Positions 48,721-58,774 of a stretch of DNA of 64,000 nt are shown in pieces. Source of the stretch: Candidatus Sericytochromatia bacterium (GTDB taxonomy: Bacteria > Cyanobacteriota > Sericytochromatia > S15B-MN24 > UBA4093); assembly GCA_036676495.1 (NCBI GenBank), contig JAKFCT010000069.1:1-64000 (forward strand), written 5' to 3'. The notes below the pieces were generated by a model. That model searched no databases, was not told the DNA's origin, and saw nothing but the letters and a program-made list of their open reading frames with translations. A program made the position numbers and the translations under genes. Each line of letters starts with the position of its first letter. Positions within the stretch are counted from its first letter, which is position 1.

Positions 48721-49170
48721 TCAGACGGACTGCAGCGTGAGCCGCTCGTCGGCGCTCAAGATTCGATCCAGGTCGAGCAGCAGCACCAGCGGCGCCCCGT
48801 CCCGGATCCGCGCTACCCCCGAGAGGAACGCGGAATGGGCCGTCTTCGCCGCGGTGGGCACCGGGTCCATCGCCTGCATGAAGGCGACTTCCTTGACCGC
48901 GTCCACCATGAGCCCCAGGACCTGGCCCGAGACCTGGGCCACGATGACGCAGCGCGTGGGTGACGGCACGGACGGAGGCAGCGCGAAGCGCTTGCGCAGG
49001 TCGATCACCGGGACGAGCGTGCCCCGGAGATCGATCAGGCCCTCGATCCAGTTGGGAGCATGGGGAATCCGAATCGGGGGCGCCCACGCCACGATCTCCT
49101 GGACATGGGCGATGTTCGCCCCGTAGGTCTCGTCGGCCAGCGTGAACGTGACGGCCTGCGTCGCTTCCAT
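48721..49170 (-). CDS. cheW: Chemotaxis adaptor CheW
   Basis: VQEI...IPHAP..IEGLIDLRG..VPVIDLR...GLMVDAV. Confidence 0.9.
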   Translation of the reverse strand: MEATQAVTFTLADETYGANIAHVQEIVAWAPPIRIPHAPNWIEGLIDLRGTLVPVIDLRKRFALPPSVPSPTRCVIVAQVSGQVLGLMVDAVKEVAFMQAMDPVPTAAKTAHSAFLSGVARIRDGAPLVLLLDLDRILSADERLTLQSV

Positions 49171-49173
49171 GGG

Positions 49174-50229
49174 CTAGCGCTTGACGGCGATCGCCGGAAC
49201 GCCTTCGCTCCGCAGCTGCGTCGCGAGCTGGGTGGCGCCCGCCAGCGAGTCGAAGTTGCCGACGCGCACCCGGGTCGCTCCGACGCGCTTGGTCGCCCCC
49301 GAGGCCACCGAGACGAACAGCCCCTGGTCATTCAGCTCCGAAGCCAGGTTCTGCGCCGAGCCCCGCGAGGAGTAGATCCCGAGCTGGATCGCGTACTTGC
49401 CCTTGCCCACGCTCACCACCGAGCCGGGGTGCCCGGCCGCGGCGAACTGGCTCTTGAGCTCGTTGGCCTTGGCGGACGAATCCACCACCGTGGAGCGCAC
49501 GGCGTAGGCGCCGGTGATGGCGCCGCCGTTATCCAGGTAAGCCTCGGAGTAGCCCTTGGCCTTCAGAGCGGCAAGCAGGTTGTTGGCGTTGCTGGCATCG
49601 GCGAACGAACCCACCTGGACCGCGTAGCGCCGGCCCTGCAGGGCGGCCGCCTTGGCGGGCCGGGATTCGGCAGGCTTGGCCGCGGGCTTGGCGGCAGGCA
49701 CCTTGGCGGGCGCGGTCTTCGCCACGGGCTTGGCCACAGGCTTGGGGGTGGCAGCAGGCTTCGCGACGACCGGCACGGCAGGCGCGACCGGCTGGGGAGC
49801 CTCGGCCTCGACGGGCTTGGGGGCTTCGTTCTCGGGCGCCACGGCCACCGGGGTGGGAGGGACCTGCGCCGGCTGAGCGGGATCCGCCTCGGGAGCCTTG
49901 GCGACCTTGCCGAAGCCGCCCGGATTGGCGAAGGGGCTCGCCCCGGGAACCGGATCCTTCTTGGCGAGGAAGGGAAGGTTGCCGTCGCTCATGAAGTAGT
50001 AGGCGCCGGCACCGGCGACCATCAGGCCGACGATCGCGAAGATGGCGGTTTTCTTCCAGCCGCCCCCTTGAGGAGCCTCTTCGTCGTCGTACTCGTCGTA
50101 CTCTTCGTCGCCGTCCTCGTCGTCCTCGTACTCCTCGTCGTCGTCGTAGCCTTCGGCCTCTTCGTCGTCGAGATCGTACTCGGTCTCCTCGTCCTCAAAT
50201 TGATAATCCAGGTCGTTGCGCTCGGGCAC
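49174..50229 (-). CDS. SPOR-domain membrane protein with acidic N-terminus
   Basis: D/E-rich N-terminus, one TM segment, P/A/K linker, YAVQVGSF and YAIQLGIY SPOR repeats. Confidence 0.8.
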   Translation of the reverse strand: MPERNDLDYQFEDEETEYDLDDEEAEGYDDDEEYEDDEDGDEEYDEYDDEEAPQGGGWKKTAIFAIVGLMVAGAGAYYFMSDGNLPFLAKKDPVPGASPFANPGGFGKVAKAPEADPAQPAQVPPTPVAVAPENEAPKPVEAEAPQPVAPAVPVVAKPAATPKPVAKPVAKTAPAKVPAAKPAAKPAESRPAKAAALQGRRYAVQVGSFADASNANNLLAALKAKGYSEAYLDNGGAITGAYAVRSTVVDSSAKANELKSQFAAAGHPGSVVSVGKGKYAIQLGIYSSRGSAQNLASELNDQGLFVSVASGATKRVGATRVRVGNFDSLAGATQLATQLRSEGVPAIAVKR

Positions 50230-50516
50230 GGCTCCTCCTCACGGTTTTTCCCGCACCTAACAAAACCAGGCATGTGGCCGCTCGAGGCCGCCGGGGGCGG
50301 CTCGACGGAAACGGTTCGTTAGGCGCTCTTGGTCGCTTGGCCCCGGGGCGCCCGGGTCGGTTCTTCGGAACGCTCAAAGCCTCGGCTCGCTTCCGACCTC
50401 GGGCGCCGTCGGCGCCTGCGCGAAAGGTCGGGTTCGGCTCAGAGGCTCTTATACCCGCGGGACCCTCGAAGTAAAAGCGGCGGCGTCACGGCCCAAGCGT
50501 GTCGCCGCCCCTTTTC

Positions 50517-50780
50517 TTACTCTTCCTGCTCGCCCAGCTCTTCGAGGTACTGGACGACCTTGTTGAACTCGGCCTCGTCCTCGATCATCACCAGGGAGTC
50601 TTCCTCGAAGCGAAGCACGAGGACTTCCTCGTCGTCCGCCCCTTCCTCACCCTCGGTGGGCATCAGCAGGGCATATTCCTTGTTGTCGACCTCGATGATG
50701 TCGACCACGGCGAACTCATGCTCTTTGCCGTCCTCGTCCACCAGCGTGACGATGTCTTCGCGGGCTTCTTCCATTTCCAT
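50517..50780 (-). CDS. DUF1292 family protein
   Basis: IVTLVDEDGKEHEF...EYALL...IEDEAEF; downstream of ruvX. Confidence 0.8.
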   Translation of the reverse strand: MEMEEAREDIVTLVDEDGKEHEFAVVDIIEVDNKEYALLMPTEGEEGADDEEVLVLRFEEDSLVMIEDEAEFNKVVQYLEELGEQEE

Positions 50781-50837
50781 CGGGTGTGGTTCCTTTCAAC
50801 TGAGTGGATGTTGCAACGATCCGGGGGTCAGGGAGAG

Positions 50838-51287
50838 CTAAGAGTCGCGTTCGGTCGCGCGACGCCGGGCCTCGCGGTCCATGAAGCTTTGAAGGATCAA
50901 GACCGCCGCCTGCTGGTCGATGACCTCGCGCCGCTTCTCGCGCCGGACTCCCCCCAAGATCAGCACCTGTTGCGCTTGCTTGGTGGTGAGCCGCTCATCG
51001 ACCAACTCGATGGGGAGTCCCAGGGCCTTCAAGTCTTCGGTAAACGCACTCACGTACGCCGCTTGAGGGCCTGCTACCCCGCTCATACTCAATGGGTAGC
51101 CTACCACAAACCTTTTGGCGTTGTACACCTCAACGAGGTTGCGCAACTCCGCCAGGTCAAGCTCCTTATTGCGGCGTCGAATCACGGTCAACGGCTGGGC
51201 CGTGTACCCCAAGGGATCGCTGACGGCCACGCCAATGGTCTTCGTGCCGACGTCCAGGCCGAGCATCCGCTCCATCTCTTCGTCCAT
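50838..51287 (-). CDS. ruvX: YqgF/RuvX pre-16S rRNA nuclease
   Basis: LGLDVGTKTIGVAVSD, VDERLTT, IDQQAAVLILQ. Confidence 0.92.
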   Translation of the reverse strand: MDEEMERMLGLDVGTKTIGVAVSDPLGYTAQPLTVIRRRNKELDLAELRNLVEVYNAKRFVVGYPLSMSGVAGPQAAYVSAFTEDLKALGLPIELVDERLTTKQAQQVLILGGVRREKRREVIDQQAAVLILQSFMDREARRRATERDS

Positions 51288-53662
51288 TACGGGTTTGCCT
51301 CACTCTCAGGAGCCATCTGGGACGGCAGCAGCCATACCCCGGTCCGTGTCCACGGCGTCAGCCGCTGCATGCTCGCTCTCAGCTCGCCGTCCAGCCCGGT
51401 GAACAGGCCGGCCAGCGGGTCGCGCTCGGGCAAGAAGACCATCCGGACCTCGCGATCGCCCAGGCCCGCCTTCTCGCGCGCTTCCTTCAGGGCCTCCGAA
51501 AGGCCCCCAATCTTGTCGACAAGCCCCAGGCGCTGGGCTTCCGCCCCGGTGTACACCCGGCCGCTGGCCATCTCGCGCACCTGGCCCTCCGAGAGGCCCC
51601 GCTGACGCGATACCAGCCCCACGAACCGGCCGTAGAAGAACTCCCCGGAGTTGCGAAGCTGCTCTTCCTCCTTGGGGGTGTAGCCCTGCCATGGAGACAT
51701 GTAGGTCGCCATGTCCCCGCGCTTCAAGGTCTCGCGGGTGATGCCCCAGCGGCTCAGCAAGGGCTCGATGCTGAACTTGCCCATGACCACCCCGATGGAG
51801 CCGGTGATGGTCCCGGGATCCGCGTAAAGGGTGACTCCGGGCAGCATCGAGATCCAGTAGCCCCCCGACGCCGCCACGTCGCCCATGGAGACGACGACGG
51901 GCTTCTTGGCGGCCAGCAGCTCGGCTTCACGGCGGATCACCTCGGAGGCGATCGCCGATCCTCCCGGCGAGTCCACCCTCAGGACCACGGCTTTGATCCC
52001 GGAGTCCTCTCGCGCCTGGCGCAGGGCACGGACCATGGTCTCGGCTCCCATCGACGCCCCGGAAAGCAGGTCGTTGCCCGACTCCCCTTCGTTGATGCCG
52101 CCCGCCGCATGGATGATGGCCACCGACGGGGGAGCCCAGGCGCCGGACTGGTAGCGAAGGGCATCGGCCCGAACCCCGCTCATCGAGCGATCCAGCCCCT
52201 TCTCCAGCTCCTTGGAGACCTCATCGCGGCTCATCAAGGCGTCCACCAGCTTCAGTTGCTGGGCCTCCGGCGCATCGAGAAGGCCTTCCTCGTTGATGAT
52301 CCGCGTGACCTCGGCGACGGGCAGGTTCCGGCCCTCGGCGATGCCCGCGACCATGCGATTGTACTGGTCGTCCAGGAGCGCGGTCTGCTGCTCGCGGTTG
52401 GCTTCCGAGAGGTTCTTGCGGGTGAAGGGCTCGGGCATGGACTTGTAGCGGCCGATGGCGATGAAGTGGGGCCGCACGCCGAGCTGATCGAAGAGCCCCT
52501 TGAAGAAGGTGAACTCGCGGGAGAGGCCGACCAGTTCCAGGCTACCGACCGGGTTGAGGGCGATCTTGTCGGCGACGGAGGCCAGGTAGTATTCCTTGGC
52601 TCCGGCGGATTCGGTGTAGGCCCAGAGGGTCTTGCCCTTGGCCTTGAAGCGCGCGAGGGCGGCGCGGACTTCCTCCACCGAGGCCCAGCCGGCTTGAATG
52701 CCGTCGATCTTGAGGATCAGCGCGCCGATTCGCGGATCGGTCTCGGCGGCCTCGATGGCCCGCAGGGTGCCGTAGATTGGCGGCACGTCGGCCCTGGGGC
52801 CGATGAGGCCCAGGCGACCCTGCACGTCGGAGAGGTTGCCCTTCAGATCCAGGGTGGCCCACTGGGCGCCTTGCCGCGCGAAGCGGGTGCTCTGGCGCAG
52901 CGAGCTGAAGCGCAGGTGGGCGGCGTTGGCGGTGCCGTTGCTCATGCCGCCGAGGCCCCAGTGAGTGAAGTTCAGGCCGAGCCCCGCGCGGAACTCACCG
53001 GCGGGGGTGTAGGTCGCGCGCAGGTTGAGGCCGGGAACCACCTGGACGTCGGCGCCGAAGAGGGTCTGCACCGCGCTGAGGGGGGCGCCTTCGGGGAAGA
53101 CGCCGTCGATGCTGAGGGTGCCGACGGGGCCGAACGGGCGGAAAGCGGCTCCGAGCTGGTATTCGCGGGGCGTGAGGGCTCCGGTGGCGGCGAAGGCGTT
53201 GCGCGCCACGGCTCCCATGGCCAGGTAGTTCTGGGGGCGGTAGAGCAAGCCGACGTCAGTTTGCCAGGGCCGGCTTTCGGAGGGCAGGTGATAGGTCATC
53301 CCGAAATGGAAGCCGCCTCCCAGGGGGGCTCCCAAGCCGGTGAGCAGGTCGTTGTAGTCATTTCCAGCCTGCACTCCCCCGTGATAACCGAAGGCCAGGC
53401 CCCCTGAAGCGATCATGGCCCAGGTATTGCCCGTGGCCCAACCTTCTCGAGCGGCGAGCAAGGAGACGCCCTGGTGGGCTCCGAGGCCTGCGGGGTTCAA
53501 GGCGAGGGCGCTGGTGTCGTCATGGAGTGCGACGGAAGGGATGAGTCCCAGGTCTTGGGGGGGAAGGGCCCAAGCGGGGTTGGCGACGGTCGCGCCGAGC
53601 AGCGAGGCGGTGAGAAGCGCGAGGGGGCGGCGAGGGTCGGCAGCGAGGTTGAAGCGAGTCAT
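51287..53662 (-). CDS. sppA: Signal peptide peptidase SppA (tandem S49) with extra N-terminal beta-rich domain
   Basis: YYLASVAD, GRYKS, RVDSPGGS, AASGGY, TITGSIGV; about 250-aa N-terminal extension after the signal peptide. Confidence 0.85.
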   Translation of the reverse strand: MTRFNLAADPRRPLALLTASLLGATVANPAWALPPQDLGLIPSVALHDDTSALALNPAGLGAHQGVSLLAAREGWATGNTWAMIASGGLAFGYHGGVQAGNDYNDLLTGLGAPLGGGFHFGMTYHLPSESRPWQTDVGLLYRPQNYLAMGAVARNAFAATGALTPREYQLGAAFRPFGPVGTLSIDGVFPEGAPLSAVQTLFGADVQVVPGLNLRATYTPAGEFRAGLGLNFTHWGLGGMSNGTANAAHLRFSSLRQSTRFARQGAQWATLDLKGNLSDVQGRLGLIGPRADVPPIYGTLRAIEAAETDPRIGALILKIDGIQAGWASVEEVRAALARFKAKGKTLWAYTESAGAKEYYLASVADKIALNPVGSLELVGLSREFTFFKGLFDQLGVRPHFIAIGRYKSMPEPFTRKNLSEANREQQTALLDDQYNRMVAGIAEGRNLPVAEVTRIINEEGLLDAPEAQQLKLVDALMSRDEVSKELEKGLDRSMSGVRADALRYQSGAWAPPSVAIIHAAGGINEGESGNDLLSGASMGAETMVRALRQAREDSGIKAVVLRVDSPGGSAIASEVIRREAELLAAKKPVVVSMGDVAASGGYWISMLPGVTLYADPGTITGSIGVVMGKFSIEPLLSRWGITRETLKRGDMATYMSPWQGYTPKEEEQLRNSGEFFYGRFVGLVSRQRGLSEGQVREMASGRVYTGAEAQRLGLVDKIGGLSEALKEAREKAGLGDREVRMVFLPERDPLAGLFTGLDGELRASMQRLTPWTRTGVWLLPSQMAPESEANP

Positions 53663-53742
53663 GGGGGCCCTCCTTGTCGTGAAGGCCCCATGATACCCCC
53701 CGCTCGATTGGTTGGCAAAAGGGGGCGCCGGGGGCTTTCCCG

Positions 53743-53946
53743 TCAGGCGACCGGAAAGCCCGCTTCGGCCAAACGCTGGCGCACGGCGGTTTCCGAGGCC
53801 CGGCTGGGGTCGAGATCGAGCGCCACGCGTTTCTGGTCGATGTCGACCCGCACGTCCGAGATGCCATCCATGCTGCCCAGGGACTCCTGGATGGTCTCGG
53901 CGCAGCCGCCGCACTTGATCTTGGGGACGTCGAGGGTCAGATGCAT
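53743..53946 (-). CDS. Heavy-metal-associated (CopZ-like) chaperone
   Basis: IKCGGC motif, 67 aa. Confidence 0.85.
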   Translation of the reverse strand: MHLTLDVPKIKCGGCAETIQESLGSMDGISDVRVDIDQKRVALDLDPSRASETAVRQRLAEAGFPVA

Positions 53947-54034
53947 CGAACTCTCCTTTTTGAGCCGCAGGCGCTCTTGAGCCGCAGGCGCGGTCCGGGC
54001 CGGACGCGCGCGACGGAGCGCGTCCGAAACGGGG

Positions 54035-55270
54035 TTAGCGGGTGGCGGGGAGCGCCTGGGGGGACGTGACCATCAAGGTATGGGTCTGGGGATTCCAGGC
54101 GACCACGGAGCGGCCTTCCAGGACGGCCAGGAGGTCGTTGCCGACCAGCGACCCGCGCCAGCCGCTCAGGACGGGCAGGTCCTGGCAGGGCTCGCCGCGC
54201 CGGAAGGCATCGGCCAGGCGCTGCAGCTCGCCGTTGGTCGCGAGCATGGAGGCGGCGACCGCTTCGCGGGCGGCCACCGAGTGGACGACGGCCTGGAGCA
54301 AGTCGGTCAGGGCCAGGGTTTGCTCGTCGGGAGCGGGCATCGACGGCTCGGGCGTCGGGTAATCGGCGCGCGGCAGGGCGAGCGCCTTGGCGACGGCGCT
54401 GACGAGGTCGTTGCCGCAGCGATCCAGGTCGCGGGGCTGGATGCCGCGGAGGTTCTTGAGCTGGCCGGGGTTGCGGGGGCGGCGGCGCGCGATCTCGACG
54501 AGCAGCTCGTCCTTGAGGACCGAGCCTCGGGGCCGGTCGCGCCGCTGGGCCTCAAATTCACGCCATTCGGCCAGCTCCCGCAGGATGGCGAGCTGCTGGG
54601 CATCGAGGCTGCCGCGCCCCTTCACGCGCAGGAAGCAGGTCCGGGGGTCGGTGCGCAGCCCCAGCGTGGACGCGATGTTGTCCTGAAGCGCCTCCGCTTC
54701 CTGGAAGGCCCATTCGAGCCGCCCGCGCTGCGAGAGTTCATGGCGGAGGCGATCGTAGACGGCGAGCAGGTAGCGCACGTCGTCCATGGCATAGTCGAGC
54801 TGGGCGGGCGTCAGGGGGCGAATCGACCAGTCGGTCATGGATTCGCCCTTGGCCAGGCGGAAGCCCTGGGTGGCCTCGACCAGGGCGCCATAGCTTTGCT
54901 TGGCGCCGAAGCCGACGAGGCCCGCGGCGATCTGGGTGTCGAAGACGGGCTCGATGCGCTCGCCGGTCAAGCCGAGCAGGATCTCGAGGTCCTGATCCGC
55001 CGCGTGGAAGACCTTGAGGATCTTCGGGTTGGTGAGGATCGCCCGGAACGGATCGTCCGAGCGGCCGGCGAGCTTGGCGGTGTCGATGACGGCGACCAGT
55101 CCCTCGGGCGTGGCGACCTGGATTAGCTCCAGCTTCGGGGCGTACGAGCGCTCGCGAATGAACTCGGTGTCGATGGCCAGGCGATCGCAAGTCATCAGGA
55201 TCGCGCAGAGCGCGTCAAGCTCCTCGGGGGTATCGACGTAGCGGGTGGGGGCGGCGGGGGATTGCGTCAT
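54035..55270 (-). CDS. rnd: Ribonuclease D
   Basis: AIDTEF, HAADQDL, FDTQIAA, TDWS.RPL...YAMDDV, HRDC domain. Confidence 0.92.
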   Translation of the reverse strand: MTQSPAAPTRYVDTPEELDALCAILMTCDRLAIDTEFIRERSYAPKLELIQVATPEGLVAVIDTAKLAGRSDDPFRAILTNPKILKVFHAADQDLEILLGLTGERIEPVFDTQIAAGLVGFGAKQSYGALVEATQGFRLAKGESMTDWSIRPLTPAQLDYAMDDVRYLLAVYDRLRHELSQRGRLEWAFQEAEALQDNIASTLGLRTDPRTCFLRVKGRGSLDAQQLAILRELAEWREFEAQRRDRPRGSVLKDELLVEIARRRPRNPGQLKNLRGIQPRDLDRCGNDLVSAVAKALALPRADYPTPEPSMPAPDEQTLALTDLLQAVVHSVAAREAVAASMLATNGELQRLADAFRRGEPCQDLPVLSGWRGSLVGNDLLAVLEGRSVVAWNPQTHTLMVTSPQALPATR

Positions 55271-55658
55271 GACCTCTCCTTTGATGGTGTGTCTCCAGCT
55301 TACCACGACCGGTTCGGGGTCACGACGGCGATGCCTGCCGGCGAGGGGACGTTCGAGCGGCAAAGGATCCGTAGTAACTACTCAGGTGGGCGGCAAAAGT
55401 TTGTTCTACGATAGGCCATGGAAATCCAGCATCGTTATTGTGTTAGGATTTCGTGAGGAACGTGAGGCTGTCGTCACGGTTTGCGTATGCGCCAGGACAG
55501 GCCGCTCGCCTTCGCCGTCAGGACCGGGCTCGGGTCATGCGAGCCCTTGGCGCCTGCGGGGTTTCCATCAAGCAACGCGTGATCGCGACGCGCCCGAAGT
55601 GGCAGCGTTGATTGGGCATGCTGGAAATCCGCATGCGATAAAGGCACGGTAGGAAACG

Positions 55659-56357
55659 ATGAAGCAGAAGCCCCCCGCGCGGACCCTTCAGGGAGCCGAG
55701 ACGTTCGTGGAGATGCTGGAGGTCTACAGCGTCTGCGTCAAGATCGGCCGTTGCTCCGAGGAGTTGCTCAATTACCTGATCGATATGGAACTGGTGGCCT
55801 TGAACGCCGAGATCGCCTCGGCCCATGCGCGTCAGAACCAGGAGGCCTTCAGCGTCTTGTCGAGCGAGGCCGGGTTGGTCGCGAAGCGCATGAGCGCGGC
55901 GATCGCCCAGATCACGGCCCGGGCCGACGAGCTCTCCAAGAACTCGCTCAACGGCATCATCCAGGCACGCCTCAGCCATAAGCTGCTCGAGGTCCCGAGC
56001 CGCGGCAAGTCGGAGTTCCTGCCCGGCAGCCGCAAGGTCCTCGAATCGGGCATCCTCCGCTCCGAGGATCTGGTCAAACGGACGGCCATCTTCATCGACG
56101 AGGTCTTCTCCGACATCAACAGCGTGTTGACCCAGATCCTCCGCGAGAACAAGCGCTTCGAGACCATCGCCACCTACTTCAGCATCGAAGCCAGCCGCGA
56201 TCCCGAAAGCCAAGCCTACTTCTCCAACATCGCCCAGATGCTGAGAGGCATTTGCACCCAGACCCGGACCTGCATCCAGAACATGGGCGCCCAGGCCGAC
56301 GAGTCCAGCCTCACGGCGCTCATCCACCGGGAGCCCTTCTCCTGGGACGCGGCCTGA
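55659..56357 (+). CDS. Soluble MCP-signalling-domain-like protein
   Basis: LVALNAEIASAHA...AFSVLSSE resembles the MCP hairpin tip; no TM segments; upstream of the ODP-like gene. Confidence 0.65.
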   Translation: MKQKPPARTLQGAETFVEMLEVYSVCVKIGRCSEELLNYLIDMELVALNAEIASAHARQNQEAFSVLSSEAGLVAKRMSAAIAQITARADELSKNSLNGIIQARLSHKLLEVPSRGKSEFLPGSRKVLESGILRSEDLVKRTAIFIDEVFSDINSVLTQILRENKRFETIATYFSIEASRDPESQAYFSNIAQMLRGICTQTRTCIQNMGAQADESSLTALIHREPFSWDAA

Positions 56358-56404
56358 GCCGCGACCCCCCGCTCGCCTTCACGACCGCACCGAAAGGGAA
56401 ACGC

Positions 56405-57172
56405 ATGATCTCCAGGACGCTCTTCGACGACGGAACCCATCGCTGGATCGTCTTGGCACGCGATCCCGAGCGGCAGGACTCCGTCATCGACACCAACGAA
56501 TACTTGATCGTGAGCAACGGGGATGCCATCCTGCTCGATCCGGGAGGCACGGAGATCTTTCCCGCGGTCCTGCGCACGGTGGCCAAGCTGATCGAGCTCG
56601 ATCAGCTCCGGGGCTTCTTCGCGAGCCACCAGGATCCCGACATCATGTCGTCATTGCCCCTGTGGATGGGGCTTTGCGCCGATGCGAAGACCTACATGCC
56701 CTGGATCTGGGAAGGGTTCATCGCGCATTTCGGGGTCGAGTACGTCGAGCGCTTCGTCACGCTCCCCGATGAGGGAGGGGCGGTCCCGATCGGCACCCGG
56801 GGACGGGCCCTGACGGCCGTGCCGGCCCATTACTGCCATGCGTCCGGGAACTTCTCGGTCTACGACCCGCATGCCAAGATTCTCTTCAGCGGAGACATCG
56901 GCGCGGCCTTGTTGCCCCCCGACCAGAACACGCTCTTCGTGGAGGACTTCGACCGGCACATCGCCTTCATGCGCGGGTTCCACCAGCGCTGGATGCCTTC
57001 CAACGAGGCCAAGAACCGCTGGGTCCGCCGCGTCCGCAAGCTGGACGTCCAGATGCTCTGCCCGCAGCATGGCGCGATCTTCCAGGGCGAGCAGGTCGGC
57101 CAGTTCCTGGATTGGTTCGAGGCGCTAGAAGTCGGACTCGACGGCGTTCAGGCCGGGGCTGCTTCGGCCTAA
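56405..57172 (+). CDS. Oxygen-binding di-iron protein (ODP)-like MBL fold
   Basis: IDTNEYLI, LDPGG, SHQDPDI, PAHYCH, FSGDIG, CPQHG; no flavodoxin domain. Confidence 0.8.
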   Translation: MISRTLFDDGTHRWIVLARDPERQDSVIDTNEYLIVSNGDAILLDPGGTEIFPAVLRTVAKLIELDQLRGFFASHQDPDIMSSLPLWMGLCADAKTYMPWIWEGFIAHFGVEYVERFVTLPDEGGAVPIGTRGRALTAVPAHYCHASGNFSVYDPHAKILFSGDIGAALLPPDQNTLFVEDFDRHIAFMRGFHQRWMPSNEAKNRWVRRVRKLDVQMLCPQHGAIFQGEQVGQFLDWFEALEVGLDGVQAGAASA

Positions 57173-57194
57173 ACGTCTGCGGCGTGACCTCCCG

Positions 57195-57971
57195 TTACCG
57201 GGAGGTTTCCGCCGGCTGCTTGGGGACCAGCCGCTTCGATTCGGGCGGGATGACGTCGCCCAGGAGGTGGCGGATGGCCTCGGAGGCGGCGAAGAACCCG
57301 AACGTGCCCGGCATGTAGCTGATGGTCCCGTTGATGGTCTTCTGGACGCCGGCTCCGGGGACGAATTCCCGCGGGATATGGGGCATGGGCCGTTCCTCGG
57401 AGAAGACGGCCCGGACGCCCTTCTGGATGCCGTTCTTGCGGGCGAGCTTGCGCATGGCCAGCGCCATCGGACAAGAATGGGTCTCGTAAAGATCCGCGAC
57501 CTTCACCTTGCCCGGATCGAGCCGCCCGCCGGCTCCCATGCTCGACACCACGAAGATCCCCCGCTCCTGGGCGGCCTTGATCAGGCCGACCTTGGAGGTC
57601 AGGGCGTCGATGCAGTCGATCACCACGTCGATCCCGTCTTCCAGCACGTCGGCGGCATCGGAGGGCGAGAGGCGCTGCCGAAGCAGGCGTAGCGCGACGT
57701 TCGGGTTGATGTCCCGCAGGCGCTCGGCCATGACGTCGACCTTGGGCTGGCCGATCGTGGAGGTCAGGGCGACCACCTGCCGGTTGGTGTTGGACGGGTC
57801 GACGACGTCGAAGTCGATCACGGTGATCCGGCCGATGCCGGCGCGCCCCAGGGCCTCGAGGCAGGACCCGCCCACCCCTCCGGCGCCCGCGACGAGCACG
57901 TGGGCGCCGCCGAGGCGCGTGAGGCCTTCATCTCCGGTGAGCAGACGGGTGCGAACCTTGTAACCTTCCAT
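57195..57971 (-). CDS. tcdA: tRNA threonylcarbamoyladenosine dehydratase (ThiF family)
   Basis: GAGGVGG, DFDVVDPSNTNRQ, IDCID, SSMGAG. Confidence 0.85.
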   Translation of the reverse strand: MEGYKVRTRLLTGDEGLTRLGGAHVLVAGAGGVGGSCLEALGRAGIGRITVIDFDVVDPSNTNRQVVALTSTIGQPKVDVMAERLRDINPNVALRLLRQRLSPSDAADVLEDGIDVVIDCIDALTSKVGLIKAAQERGIFVVSSMGAGGRLDPGKVKVADLYETHSCPMALAMRKLARKNGIQKGVRAVFSEERPMPHIPREFVPGAGVQKTINGTISYMPGTFGFFAASEAIRHLLGDVIPPESKRLVPKQPAETSR

Positions 57972-58001
57972 GGGATCCTTTTCTCTTGACTCAGGGCGGG
58001 G

Positions 58002-58754
58002 CTAATGAAGGGGGATGCGGAAGAGCGCGGCTCCGGCGGCATTCGAGGCGGCCAGCACCTCCTCGGTGGGATTGCCGCGCAGCGCCGCCACGGCGCCGGC
58101 GATCCCGACGAGCTCGGCGGGCTCGTTGCGCTGCCCCTGCAGCCAGCTCGGAGAGAGGTCGGGGGCGTCGGTCTCCAGGATCATGCCCTCCGCGGGGCAC
58201 GCCCTAATTGTCTCATGAAGGCGCTTTGCCGTGGGCCACGTCCCGATTCCTCCGATGCCCAGGGCGATCCCGCGATCGAGGTAGCGCTTGGCGAGGGGCC
58301 ATGGGCCGGCGAAGGCGTGGACGACGCCACGCAGGGAGGGGCGGGACTTGAGGGCCGCGAGGACCTCCTCGTGGGCATGGACGACGTGCAGGATGACCGG
58401 GAGGTCATGCGCGACGGCGAGGTCCAGCTGGGCGTCCAGGAGGTCGAGGTCGCCGGGGGTTCGGTGGCGCTTGTCGAGGCCGCATTCCCCGAGGGCCACG
58501 AGCGCGCCGTTCGAGAGGGCCTCTTCGAGCAGGGAAAGGGCCTCGGGAGGGTGGGCCATGGCGGGGTGCAAGCCGCCCGCCCGGTACAGGGTCATGCCGG
58601 GCAGGGCAGGCAGGGGACGGGCGAGCTCGCGGGGCGAGACCCCGGGGACGATGGCCGCCGTGACTCCGGCGGCCGCCGCGCGCTGGGCGATCGCCGGAAG
58701 ATCCCCGGCGAAGCGGGGATCGTCGAGGTGGCAGTGGGAGTCGAGGTGCCCCAC
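58002..58754 (-). CDS. TatD family hydrolase (YjjV-like)
   Basis: LDSHCHL, GLHP, LGECGLD, HAFAG, ETDAPD; GTG start at 58754. Confidence 0.85.
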   Translation of the reverse strand: MGHLDSHCHLDDPRFAGDLPAIAQRAAAAGVTAAIVPGVSPRELARPLPALPGMTLYRAGGLHPAMAHPPEALSLLEEALSNGALVALGECGLDKRHRTPGDLDLLDAQLDLAVAHDLPVILHVVHAHEEVLAALKSRPSLRGVVHAFAGPWPLAKRYLDRGIALGIGGIGTWPTAKRLHETIRACPAEGMILETDAPDLSPSWLQGQRNEPAELVGIAGAVAALRGNPTEEVLAASNAAGAALFRIPLH

Positions 58755-58774
58755 GGGAGCGCGCCGCCGGGGGG

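Noticed and set aside
55280-55658. Riboswitch in the rnd/MCP-like intergenic region
   Set aside because: It has some inverted segments (CCAGCAT/ATGCTGG), but I recognised no c-di-GMP or other aptamer consensus. An Rfam search would be needed.
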